Source of the DNA: Tannerellaceae bacterium
Lineage (GTDB): Bacteria > Bacteroidota > Bacteroidia > Bacteroidales > Tannerellaceae
Reading direction: 5' to 3'
Length of the DNA stretch: 32,000 nucleotides
NCBI GenBank assembly: GCA_036734445.1
Contig: DAIMYP010000003.1
Span: 63,854 to 95,853 of the forward strand
The notes beneath the pieces are model-generated. The model had not been told where the DNA came from. It did not search any database and saw only the letters and a list, made by a program, of their open reading frames with translations. Every line of letters starts with the position of its first letter. Position 1 is the first letter of the stretch. A program made the position numbers and the translations under genes. Below are positions 1 to 8,492 of this stretch, piece after piece.

Positions 1-451
1 TCACGACTTTTGTACTTTCGATCTCAGCCGGAAGGAGTTGTAGAAACGACTGCATACCATAGAAAAGTCCTTGAGGTGTTTTAGCTTTAATTATAACGCC
101 TTTTGTGGATACTACTAAAGTATAGCCTTCATTGTTTACAGAAGCCAGTGTCGGATCGATCATTAAATCGATGTCACCTGAAGAGGCTTTGTTTGTTGTC
201 GTGATGTTGTAGCCGGTTGACAACTTCATCTTGGCAGCAAAGAATTCTGCCACTTTTTTCGATTCAGGAGTAGAGGCCGCAATTGCAGCGCCTCTGCTTA
301 GTTTGAACGTGCCTTCGTTTTGTGTCAAACTTACAGGTTGAGGAATAATATGGATTCCTTTATTATAAGGCATCTCTTTTGTTGTTCCTCCGCTACAAGC
401 TGTCAGTGCACAAAGAACTGCGCCCATACAGATTGAAATCAGTGTTTTCAT
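1..451 (-). CDS. Partial beta-N-acetylhexosaminidase-like protein (GH20 N-terminal domain), lipoprotein signal; C-terminus off the left edge
   Basis: Reverse translation from ATG at 451-449 gives MKTLISICMGAVLCALTACSGGTTKEMPYNKGIHIIPQPVSLTQNEGTFKLSRGAAIAAS..., a lipobox (LTAC) followed by the typical 'IIPQP...G.F.L' start of GH20 N-terminal domains, with later 'EGYT(I/L)VVS..GV.IKA.TPQGLFYGMQSFLQLLP'. The open frame runs off the window edge, so it is absent from the ORF track. Confidence 0.85.
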   Translation of the reverse strand, partial: MKTLISICMGAVLCALTACSGGTTKEMPYNKGIHIIPQPVSLTQNEGTFKLSRGAAIAASTPESKKVAEFFAAKMKLSTGYNITTTNKASSGDIDLMIDPTLASVNNEGYTLVVSTKGVIIKAKTPQGLFYGMQSFLQLLPAEIESTKVV

Positions 452-463
452 ACGTTTATTGTT

Positions 464-1744
464 TTACCATGCGAAAATTGGATACTCTTTCATAATGCTG
501 TTAACTTTATTGCGAACAGCAGTAATTGTATTATCATTCAGTGGATCAGCTAGAACCGTATCAATCATTTCAACAATCTCACCCATCAATGCTTCTTTTG
601 CGCCACGAGTAGTGATTGCCGGTGTTCCAACTCTGATACCAGAAGTTTGGAAAGCTGAGCGACTGTCAAACGGTACCATATTCTTATTTACTGTGATATC
701 AGCTGCAACCAATGCTTTTTCAGCTACTTTACCTGTCAGTTCCGGGAATTTCTTCCTCAAATCAATCAGCATGCTGTGGTTGTCAGTACCATCGGAGATC
801 ACTTTATATCCTTTGTCCATGAAAGCCTGAGACATAACAGCAGCATTAGTCTTTACCTGCTTTTGATAAACTTTGAATGAAGGATCGAGAGCTTCGCCGA
901 AAGCAACTGCTTTGGCAGCAATAACATGTTCCAGCGGTCCGCCCTGGATGCCTGGAAAAACAGCAGAGTCAAGTAACTGAGACATTTTTTTGATTTCACC
1001 CTTTGGTGTGCGTTTGCCCCACGGATTCTCAAAATCTTTTCCTAACAGAATAATGCCACCACGTGGTCCGCGCAATGTTTTATGTGTTGTTGAGGTAACA
1101 ATATGAGCATATTCCAACGGGTTATTCAGTAATCCCGCTGCAATTAATCCTGCTGGGTGAGCCATATCAATCATCAGTAGTGCACCGACTTTATCGGCAA
1201 TTTCTCGCATACGTTTGTAATCCCATTCGCGTGAATAGGCAGAACCGCCCCCGATAATCAGTTTTGGCTTTTCTTTCAACGCCATTTCTTCCATGTGGTC
1301 GTAATCAACGCGACCTGTTGCTTCATTCAGATTGTATCCGACAGCTCTATATAAGATACCAGAACTGTTAACGGATGATCCGTGAGATAGGTGTCCGCCA
1401 TGAGCCAAGTTAAGTCCTAGCAATGTATCGCCTGGATTAAGAACAGCTAGAAGAACAGCCGCATTAGCTTGTGCTCCTGAGTGAGGCTGAACATTTGTCC
1501 ATTCGGCATGAAAAATTTCTTTCAACCGTTCAATGGCGATGGTTTCACTCTGATCAACAACTTCGCAACCTCCGTAATAACGTTTTCCGGGATATCCCTC
1601 GGCGTATTTGTTGGTCATACAACTTCCCATGGCTTGCATTACCTGGTCGCTTACAAAGTTCTCTGAAGCAATCAACTCCATACCCTTGAGTTGGCGCTGA
1701 TGTTCTTTCTCAATGATGTCGAAAATGATATTGTCTCTTTTCAT
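464..1744 (-). CDS. glyA: Serine hydroxymethyltransferase
   Basis: 426 aa; [53 protein letters not shown]-lysine motif '[14 protein letters not shown]'. Confidence 0.98.
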   Translation of the reverse strand: MKRDNIIFDIIEKEHQRQLKGMELIASENFVSDQVMQAMGSCMTNKYAEGYPGKRYYGGCEVVDQSETIAIERLKEIFHAEWTNVQPHSGAQANAAVLLAVLNPGDTLLGLNLAHGGHLSHGSSVNSSGILYRAVGYNLNEATGRVDYDHMEEMALKEKPKLIIGGGSAYSREWDYKRMREIADKVGALLMIDMAHPAGLIAAGLLNNPLEYAHIVTSTTHKTLRGPRGGIILLGKDFENPWGKRTPKGEIKKMSQLLDSAVFPGIQGGPLEHVIAAKAVAFGEALDPSFKVYQKQVKTNAAVMSQAFMDKGYKVISDGTDNHSMLIDLRKKFPELTGKVAEKALVAADITVNKNMVPFDSRSAFQTSGIRVGTPAITTRGAKEALMGEIVEMIDTVLADPLNDNTITAVRNKVNSIMKEYPIFAW

Positions 1745-1870
1745 TACATGTGTAAATTTGGTTATACCAATGATTCCTCAATATTCACTATTGTAGAGGA
1801 TTGTTGCAAATGTACGATAAATATTTGTATGTAGAAATAAAACTCTTCTGAAATGTATTGTGTTAATGAT

Positions 1871-2926
1871 TTATTCTATTTTTATGACAGTTTGTTCGTG
1901 ACTGCTTTTAATTGCTGCTTCAATAAGTTGAATGACGGGTAGTACATCTTTTGCATCAGTTATTAGTGCTTCCTTGTAACGTAAATGGGCAAATATGTTT
2001 GCATAAAATTCAGCATAATTGCCTGCTACACTTGGATATTTACCACTGAACGATGAGCCTCCTTTTTCGGTGCGAAGTAATCCCCATATACTTTCATTTT
2101 CTTCGCCCCAATGCGGTGAATTAGGCTTTTTCCCTGCATTAAGATCAGCTTCCTGACAATCGAAGCCGTATTTTATATATGAACCTTCTGTTCCGTGGAG
2201 TATGAAACGCGGCTCAGGTTCACACATCAAATAGCTTGATTTAAGTGTTACTTTTAGGCTTGGAACTTTTGAAGGATGAATAAAATGAATTAAGAAATAG
2301 TCGTCCACTATTCCATTTGTACGCATAGTATCAATGTCCGCATATAGTGCTTCAGGCACTCCAAAAAGTTGGACAGCCTGATCAATTACATGTGAACCTA
2401 GGTTATAAATCAATCCACCGCCCTGTTCTCCTGTTTCTTTCCAAGTATTCTGTTTAATATAATTGCGATATCGTGGGAAAGTAGATTCGAATTCTACCAA
2501 TCTTCCCAATAGTTCGTAATCAATAATTTCTTTTATAGTCAAGAAATCTGAATCCCATCGCCTATTTTGAAAGACACTTAACATTAATCCTTTTTGTTTT
2601 GCTAGAGTAATTAGTTCTTTGCCTTCTTCAGTAGTTGTGCAGAATGGTTTTTCAATAATCACATTCTTTCCGGCTTTGAGTGCTTGTCGTGCAAATGGAT
2701 AATGTGTGCTGTCTGGTGTATTGATGACAACAATTTCAACATCTGAAGCCAGCAATTCCTCAAGGCTTCTCATTATATGTACTTGAGGATAACGAACTTT
2801 CGAAAGATCTTTGCTGCGTTCAACAATCGCAGTCAGTTCAAAATTCATATTTGTACTGATAAATGGTGCGTGAAATATCTGTCCTGACATACCAAATGCT
2901 GCTAGTCCTATCTTTATTTTTTTCAT
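1871..2926 (-). CDS. Gfo/Idh/MocA family NAD(P)-dependent oxidoreductase
   Basis: 351 aa; N-terminal Rossmann 'KIGLAAFGMSGQIFHAPFI', 'VVINTPDSTHYPFARQALKAGKNVIIEKPF' (EKP motif). Confidence 0.95.
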   Translation of the reverse strand: MKKIKIGLAAFGMSGQIFHAPFISTNMNFELTAIVERSKDLSKVRYPQVHIMRSLEELLASDVEIVVINTPDSTHYPFARQALKAGKNVIIEKPFCTTTEEGKELITLAKQKGLMLSVFQNRRWDSDFLTIKEIIDYELLGRLVEFESTFPRYRNYIKQNTWKETGEQGGGLIYNLGSHVIDQAVQLFGVPEALYADIDTMRTNGIVDDYFLIHFIHPSKVPSLKVTLKSSYLMCEPEPRFILHGTEGSYIKYGFDCQEADLNAGKKPNSPHWGEENESIWGLLRTEKGGSSFSGKYPSVAGNYAEFYANIFAHLRYKEALITDAKDVLPVIQLIEAAIKSSHEQTVIKIE

Positions 2927-3230
2927 AAATTTTATATTACCATTAATGGATTCATTGTTCCTTCCGTTGCAATATTATTCATAATTTGTGAGATGAGCAA
3001 TATCTCTTTATGAAAAGTGGAACTTTATTTTTTAAGTATAAAATGTATGTATTTTTTTGGGAAATAAATTGTTAAAAGGAATGTGAGATGGAACAATGTA
3101 CGATGACATGCTAAAAGTAAAAGTAAGATATGAGTTATATGCATAAAATGATTATATTTGCCAATATCCAATAAATATATCTTTTCTCTTTTAAGTAGAT
3201 TGCATTATAAAATATGGAGTTAAGGAGGAA

Positions 3231-4757
3231 ATGTTGATGAAAAAAGTTTTAGGTTTGGTCATGATTGTTTTGATATGTCACAGTATGGAAGGATGGGCAC
3301 AAGATTTGCGAGATATTGTTTCTGACGATGATCTTTCGTTCTTGAAGATGATGACTGTTACGGTTATAGATAGTTCATGCGTGCATACAGGACAGAGCGT
3401 AAGTATTTTGTCCGGTCAGAACAAAACCGGTGGAACATTAATACTTCCCGGAGCTAGAGGCTGTTATCCGGCATTTTGGATTCGCGATTATGCCATGGCA
3501 CTCGATTGTGGTATTATTGCTCAAAAAGCACAACAGCACATGTTGAATGTGACGGCAAAGACGCAGTGTACTCAGACTTGGATTACAAAAAATGGGTGTT
3601 TGATCCCGTTTGGTTCGGTGGCAGACCATGTAAGGATAAATGATGGGTTGCCTGTCTATTTTCCTGGCACATATAGTTATGAGGAGCAAGGAGATGGAAG
3701 ATGGGGAATGACTCCACCATACACTGATCAGTTCCTTTTTATCCACATGGCTTACTGTTATACGAGAATGTTTGAAATGAGCAAAGTTCTTAGGAAGTCT
3801 ATCGGAGGCTATGAATTGATGAATCGACTCGAATGGTCTTTCAATGTGCCGCCATCGCATAAGGATAATCAGATTGTTTATACTACAAGTGATTTTAGAG
3901 GCGTCGATTTTGGATTTCGCGATGCGATTGTCATTGAAGGTGATTTGGCAATTTCTTCAGTCTACAAATATCGTGCTGCAAAGGAAATGGCTGAGTTATT
4001 TGGTCTTTTGGGAAATAAGGTGAAGATGAAATATTACAATAATGTTGCTGCAGCGTTGAAAAAAAATATCCCAGTTGTATTCTGTAACAAAAGAGGACTT
4101 TTGATGGCGGGAACAAAATTAGGACGGCAGGGCGATGTTTGGAGTACAGCTTTGGCTGTATATTTTGGAATTCTTGAGAATGAAGATAAAGAAAAAGCCT
4201 GTCGTGCGTTGGCTGAAGGTTATAAACATAAAATGTTGTCCTATAAAGGGAACATTCGCCATGTAATGTGTGATGAAGACTTCAGTGAATTGTCGATGTG
4301 GGAAGTCGGTAAACAAAATAATTTACCCAAAAAGGGAACATACCAGAATGGTGCCTATTGGGGGACAGCTACAGGATGGGTTTGTTATGCTATAGCTCAA
4401 GTCGATATGGCTGCGGCACAACAGTTGGCAAAAGAATATATCACAGATCTGCGAGAAAATGATTTTCGTCAAGGAGGAAATTGCGGTGCACCTTATGAAT
4501 GTTTCAATGTGGATTATGCTCAAAATCCTATTTATATGACAACTGTTGCATCACCACTAGATGCTTTTCTTGTGATGAAAGGTCAGTCTTGGTGGCAAAA
4601 GAAAAGCAACGAATTGACAGGCCTTACGACCTTTGGTGGAGGCGGAAGCGAATCTTCATATTTTGACACGATTGATAGCGCTATTACTGAAGAATCTCTC
4701 AATCCATTGAAAACGCGAGTTGAAGAAATGAACCATACTCCCGACGTAGAACATTGA
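3231..4757 (+). CDS. Secreted protein with (alpha/alpha)6 six-hairpin glycosidase-like features, substrate unknown
   Basis: 508 aa with signal peptide (MLMKKVLGLVMIVLICHSMEGWAQ); 'CYPAFWIRDYAMALDCG' resembles the (W/F)xRD motif of six-hairpin glycosidases; 'GTYQNGAYWGTATGWVCYAI' also typical. Strong SD-like AAGGAGGA just upstream. Confidence 0.55.
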   Translation: MLMKKVLGLVMIVLICHSMEGWAQDLRDIVSDDDLSFLKMMTVTVIDSSCVHTGQSVSILSGQNKTGGTLILPGARGCYPAFWIRDYAMALDCGIIAQKAQQHMLNVTAKTQCTQTWITKNGCLIPFGSVADHVRINDGLPVYFPGTYSYEEQGDGRWGMTPPYTDQFLFIHMAYCYTRMFEMSKVLRKSIGGYELMNRLEWSFNVPPSHKDNQIVYTTSDFRGVDFGFRDAIVIEGDLAISSVYKYRAAKEMAELFGLLGNKVKMKYYNNVAAALKKNIPVVFCNKRGLLMAGTKLGRQGDVWSTALAVYFGILENEDKEKACRALAEGYKHKMLSYKGNIRHVMCDEDFSELSMWEVGKQNNLPKKGTYQNGAYWGTATGWVCYAIAQVDMAAAQQLAKEYITDLRENDFRQGGNCGAPYECFNVDYAQNPIYMTTVASPLDAFLVMKGQSWWQKKSNELTGLTTFGGGGSESSYFDTIDSAITEESLNPLKTRVEEMNHTPDVEH

Positions 4758-5360
4758 GAACAATGTACCGACTCCAATAAGTTTCCAGTCCCAATGACCG
4801 AAGAAAATGAAGCAGCAGACAATGCCGATGAAAACGAGCGTGGTGTCGCTGCCAATCTTGACTTTTCCAAATTCAATGTTGAAGGTTTTCGAAACAGCTT
4901 GGAAGAATCCTTCGTAAGCCATCAGCAAGACTTTGCAATGGACTTCTAGGGTGATGCCGTAAGCCATAATTGCCCCTCCGGCGCAAAGCTGAAGGAAGCG
5001 GATAAGATAGCCTGATAGTGTACTGTCGAACTGGAAAGGTATAGTCATCCACATCGTTAGATCGGTATAGAATCCAAAAAACAGACTGATTACGATCTGT
5101 AACAGCTGGATTTTTTCATAGTTTTTTCTTAACAATAGAATCTGAGTCAGTATAAGCATCATTTGTATGCAAATGATGTATTCGCCCATCGTTAACGGCG
5201 AACCAGGAACCAGACTTAGTATGTATGGCGGGCAAGAAATGGGCGACGATCCTAGATTGGCACGGATGGAAAGCGATGTGCCGAGGGCAATAAGAAAGAG
5301 AGAGATAAAGAAAACTGTGTATCTGCGCAGTAATTCATTTTTGTTTTTGTTTTGTTTCAT
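4656..5360 (-). CDS. YczE/YitT-like multi-pass integral membrane protein
   Basis: 234 aa; 'RRYTVFFISLFLIALGTSLSIRANLGSSPISCPPYILS', hydrophobic segments throughout, typical of the YczE/YyaS/YitT family. Confidence 0.75.
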   Translation of the reverse strand: MKQNKNKNELLRRYTVFFISLFLIALGTSLSIRANLGSSPISCPPYILSLVPGSPLTMGEYIICIQMMLILTQILLLRKNYEKIQLLQIVISLFFGFYTDLTMWMTIPFQFDSTLSGYLIRFLQLCAGGAIMAYGITLEVHCKVLLMAYEGFFQAVSKTFNIEFGKVKIGSDTTLVFIGIVCCFIFFGHWDWKLIGVGTLFSMFYVGSMVHFFNSRFQWIERFFSNSAINRVKI

Positions 5361-5427
5361 CGTATGAATTAATATGCTTTATTGTTATTTTTCGGAGGCG
5401 AAAGTAAGAAAAAGGATTTTTTGCACT

Positions 5428-5435
5428 TATATTTG
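5428..5435 (+). promoter_or_regulatory. Bacteroidales-type -7 element (TATATTTG) upstream of the LysR gene
   Basis: Exact TAnnTTTG match 39 nt before ATG 5475. Confidence 0.5.
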
Positions 5436-5474
5436 CTCTATGAATTGTTTTTATTGTTTTAATTGATTTTGCTA

Positions 5475-6365
5475 ATGGAACTTACTCAATTGAAGTATTT
5501 TGTGAAGCTTGCTGAAGAGTTGAGTTTCACTGAAGCGGCGAAGAAGCTGTTCATCACGCAGAGTGCACTCTCGCTCAGTATCAAGAAGTTGGAAGAAGAA
5601 TGTACTACGCCGCTTTTCGACCGCATTGGCAAATATACATACTTGACGGAAGCGGGAACAACTTTTGCAGATTTTGCACAGCGGGCTATCAAAGAAGTTG
5701 AGACGGGAATGAAATGCATACAGGAAAAAAATGGCATTTATACGGGGAAACTGCAGGTAGGAGTAGTGTACAGTCTTCGTGATATTCTGAACGAGTGCGT
5801 CCTGGAGTTTACGCAAAAATATCCCGAAGCAGGACTGAGTATCGTTGAAACTAATTCGGTGAGGGAGCTAGCTGATCTTGTGCTTAAGGGTAAAATAGAT
5901 TTTGCTCTCACTTACAAGTCCAAGATGATGTCGCCACTGCTAGAATGTTCGATGCTTTTCGAGACGCCATTGTGCGTCATTGCACAAAAGGATCATCCTG
6001 TAACAGCAAACATGAGAATATCTCTTAAGCGACTGAAAAAGTATCCATTTGTATTCTTTCCCCAAGGAATCCATACGCGGATGGAAATCGAGCAAATGTT
6101 TATCAAAAAGAATCTACCTGTACTGACACCGCGTATCGAAGTGAACGATGCGAGTCTGATTTTGCAACTTGTTAGTTCAGGTCGCTGGTTGACAATTCTC
6201 TCGGAAGGCGTTGTTGAAAGCTGGGAAAATTTGAAGGCAATTCCTATAACTGGTGCTGCGGAGAAACTTAAAGGTTGTTTGATCCGTCCTAAAGAAAAGT
6301 TTATGCCCATACTCGAACACGAATTCTATCGCATTGTGAAGGAGCATTGGGGAAAAACTGTATAG
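5475..6365 (+). CDS. LysR-family transcriptional regulator
   Basis: ORF 5463..6365; likely start ATG 5475 gives MELTQLKYFVKLAEELSFTEAAKKLFITQSALSLSIKKLEEECTTPLFDRIGKYTYLTEAG, a classical LysR HTH, plus a substrate-binding domain. Confidence 0.95.
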   Translation: MELTQLKYFVKLAEELSFTEAAKKLFITQSALSLSIKKLEEECTTPLFDRIGKYTYLTEAGTTFADFAQRAIKEVETGMKCIQEKNGIYTGKLQVGVVYSLRDILNECVLEFTQKYPEAGLSIVETNSVRELADLVLKGKIDFALTYKSKMMSPLLECSMLFETPLCVIAQKDHPVTANMRISLKRLKKYPFVFFPQGIHTRMEIEQMFIKKNLPVLTPRIEVNDASLILQLVSSGRWLTILSEGVVESWENLKAIPITGAAEKLKGCLIRPKEKFMPILEHEFYRIVKEHWGKTV

Positions 6366-6389
6366 GGCGGAAGAATACTTTCTCTTTTC

Positions 6390-6420
6390 TTTGTACTTCA
6401 AGGATTTTTAGGTATTTTTG
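6390..6420 (+). promoter_or_regulatory. Bacteroidales primary promoter: TTTG (6390-6393), 19 nt, TATTTTTG (6413-6420)
   Basis: Both -33 TTTG and -7 TAnnTTTG present at the expected spacing directly upstream of the TetR gene start (6446). Confidence 0.65.
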
Positions 6421-6445
6421 CGCACAGTTTTAAACAAAATGTGCA

Positions 6446-7045
6446 ATGTCGATTATAGTTTCTAAAACACGGGATATGTTGATTGATGTGGCAAGACAGT
6501 TGTTTGCCCGGATTGGTGTCGACGATACTACGATGAATGATATTGCAATGGCTTCAAAGAAGGGGCGTCGTACACTATACACGTATTTCAAAAATAAGAA
6601 TGAAATCTATCAGGCTGTTGTGGAGACTGAATTAAATAGGCTCTATAAGATGTTGCAAGATGTGGCGGTAAAAGATTTGCCTGCTGACGAAAAATTAATC
6701 ACTTTCATATATACTCGCTTGGATGCTATCAAGGCAATTGTATTGCGCAACGGAACGCTTAGGGCAAATTTCTTTCGTGATATCTGGCGTGTCGAGAAGG
6801 TGCGCAAGAACTTTGATATACGTGAAACAGAATTGATTAAAGGCATACTTGAGGCAGGTATTAAGGAACATGTGTTCGAAATGCCAGATGTTGGCATTAC
6901 AGCAGTCGTGTTGCACCATGCGCTTAAAGGACTTGAAGTTCCTTACATACGTGGAAGTATGGGCGATACGACTAATCAACGCCTGAGACGTAAGGATAAT
7001 GTTGTGAATTTGATTTTTAATGGAATAAAAATAAAAAAATTATAA
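6446..7045 (+). CDS. TetR/AcrR family transcriptional regulator
   Basis: 199 aa; N-terminal HTH 'RDMLIDVARQLFARIGVDDTTMNDIAMASKKGRRTLYTYFKNKNEIYQAVV'. Confidence 0.93.
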   Translation: MSIIVSKTRDMLIDVARQLFARIGVDDTTMNDIAMASKKGRRTLYTYFKNKNEIYQAVVETELNRLYKMLQDVAVKDLPADEKLITFIYTRLDAIKAIVLRNGTLRANFFRDIWRVEKVRKNFDIRETELIKGILEAGIKEHVFEMPDVGITAVVLHHALKGLEVPYIRGSMGDTTNQRLRRKDNVVNLIFNGIKIKKL

Positions 7046-7055
7046 ACATATTGAT

Positions 7056-7802
7056 ATGAAATTATTAGATGGAAAAGTGGCTGTTATCACAGGTGCAGCC
7101 CGTGGAATTGGCAAAGCCATCGCTTTGAAGTTTGCTTCGGAAGGAGCAGATATTGCATTTACAGATTTGGTAATCGATGAGAATGGTTTGGCAACTCAGA
7201 ATGAGATTGAAGCTCTTGGTGTGAAAGCTAAAGGTTATGCATCGAACGCTGCAAATTTTGAAGAAACTCATAATGTGATTGCCGAGATCGTGAAAGATTT
7301 TGGTCGTATTGATATTCTTGTAAATAATGCAGGTATCACAAAAGACGGATTAATGCTTCGTATGACGGAAGCACAGTGGGATGCAGTTATCGCTGTCAAT
7401 TTGAAGTCTGCATTCAACTTCATCCATGCATCTTTGCCTACGATGATGCATCAGAGAAGTGGAAATATTATTAATATGGCATCCGTCGTTGGTGTTCATG
7501 GTAATGCTAGTCAAGCTAATTACGCTTCATCGAAGGCTGGCCTGATTGCTTTAGCTAAATCTATCGCTCAGGAAATGGGTCCGAAGGGTATTCGTGCCAA
7601 TGCAATTGCTCCAGGTTTTATTGAGACGGCAATGACAGCTGCCTTACCGGATAAGATTCGCGAAGAGTGGATTAAGAAGATTCCATTACGCCGTGGAGGT
7701 CAGGTTGAAGATATCGCCAATATCGCTACATTCTTGGCATCAGACATGTCGTCATATGTCTCTGGACAGGTAATCCAGGTCGATGGCGGAATGAATATGT
7801 AA
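7056..7802 (+). CDS. fabG: 3-oxoacyl-[acyl-carrier-protein] reductase
   Basis: 248 aa SDR; 'KVAVITGAARGIGKAIA', 'VNNAGITKDGLMLRM', 'YASSKAGLIALAKSIAQEMGPKGIRANAIAPGFIETAMT', 'GQVIQVDGGMNM'. Confidence 0.96.
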   Translation: MKLLDGKVAVITGAARGIGKAIALKFASEGADIAFTDLVIDENGLATQNEIEALGVKAKGYASNAANFEETHNVIAEIVKDFGRIDILVNNAGITKDGLMLRMTEAQWDAVIAVNLKSAFNFIHASLPTMMHQRSGNIINMASVVGVHGNASQANYASSKAGLIALAKSIAQEMGPKGIRANAIAPGFIETAMTAALPDKIREEWIKKIPLRRGGQVEDIANIATFLASDMSSYVSGQVIQVDGGMNM

Positions 7803-7811
7803 TATTGTTTT

Positions 7812-8492
7812 ATGGAAGTTATTTACGAAGATAATCATATCATTGCAGTTGATAAGACATGTAGTGAGATTGTTCAAGGAGATAAGACCGGTGATGCTCC
7901 TCTTTCTGACATGCTTAAGGTATGGCTGAAAGAGAAGTATGCCAAACCGGGAAATGTATTTGTCGGTGTTACACATCGCTTGGATCGTCCCGTGAGCGGT
8001 GTTGTCATTTTTGCAAAGACTAGCAAGGCTCTAACCCGCATGAATGACATGTTTCGTGATGGCGAAGTAAAGAAAATCTATTGGGCAATTGTGAAAAACG
8101 AGCCACCAACACATGAGGGTGAACTTGTGAACTGGCTTGTACGCAATGAAAAACAGAATAAAAGCTATGCGTACGATAGCGAACGACCGGATGCTAAAAA
8201 AGCAGTTCTCGATTATAAGGTGATTGCTCGCTCAGATCATTATTTTCTGCTTGAGATTGAGTTGAAGACAGGGCGACATCATCAGATTCGTTGTCAATTG
8301 GCAAAGATCGGCTGTCCAATCAAAGGCGACTTGAAATATGGTTTCGCGCGTTCGAATCCCGATGGTGGAATTAGTCTACATGCGCGAAGTGCCGAATTTA
8401 TACATCCTGTTTCAAAACAAAATGTTAAGATTGTGGCACCTGTTCCCGATGAAAATTTGTGGAAAGCGCTTACTTCTTCATTGACTGAATAA
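7812..8492 (+). CDS. RluA/RsuA-like RNA pseudouridine synthase
   Basis: 226 aa; catalytic motif 'GVTHRLDRPVSGVVIFAKTSKA', 'LKTGRHHQIRCQLAKIGCPIKGDLKYG'. Confidence 0.93.
   Translation: MEVIYEDNHIIAVDKTCSEIVQGDKTGDAPLSDMLKVWLKEKYAKPGNVFVGVTHRLDRPVSGVVIFAKTSKALTRMNDMFRDGEVKKIYWAIVKNEPPTHEGELVNWLVRNEKQNKSYAYDSERPDAKKAVLDYKVIARSDHYFLLEIELKTGRHHQIRCQLAKIGCPIKGDLKYGFARSNPDGGISLHARSAEFIHPVSKQNVKIVAPVPDENLWKALTSSLTE

Noticed and set aside
464-830. 123-aa plus-strand ORF (459..830) and other small ORFs antisense to glyA
   Set aside because: Fully within the glyA coding region on the opposite strand; glyA assignment is unambiguous.
4583-4876. 97-aa minus-strand ORF spanning the convergent overlap
   Set aside because: Different frame overlapping both neighbouring genes; no recognisable features and better explained as a chance frame.
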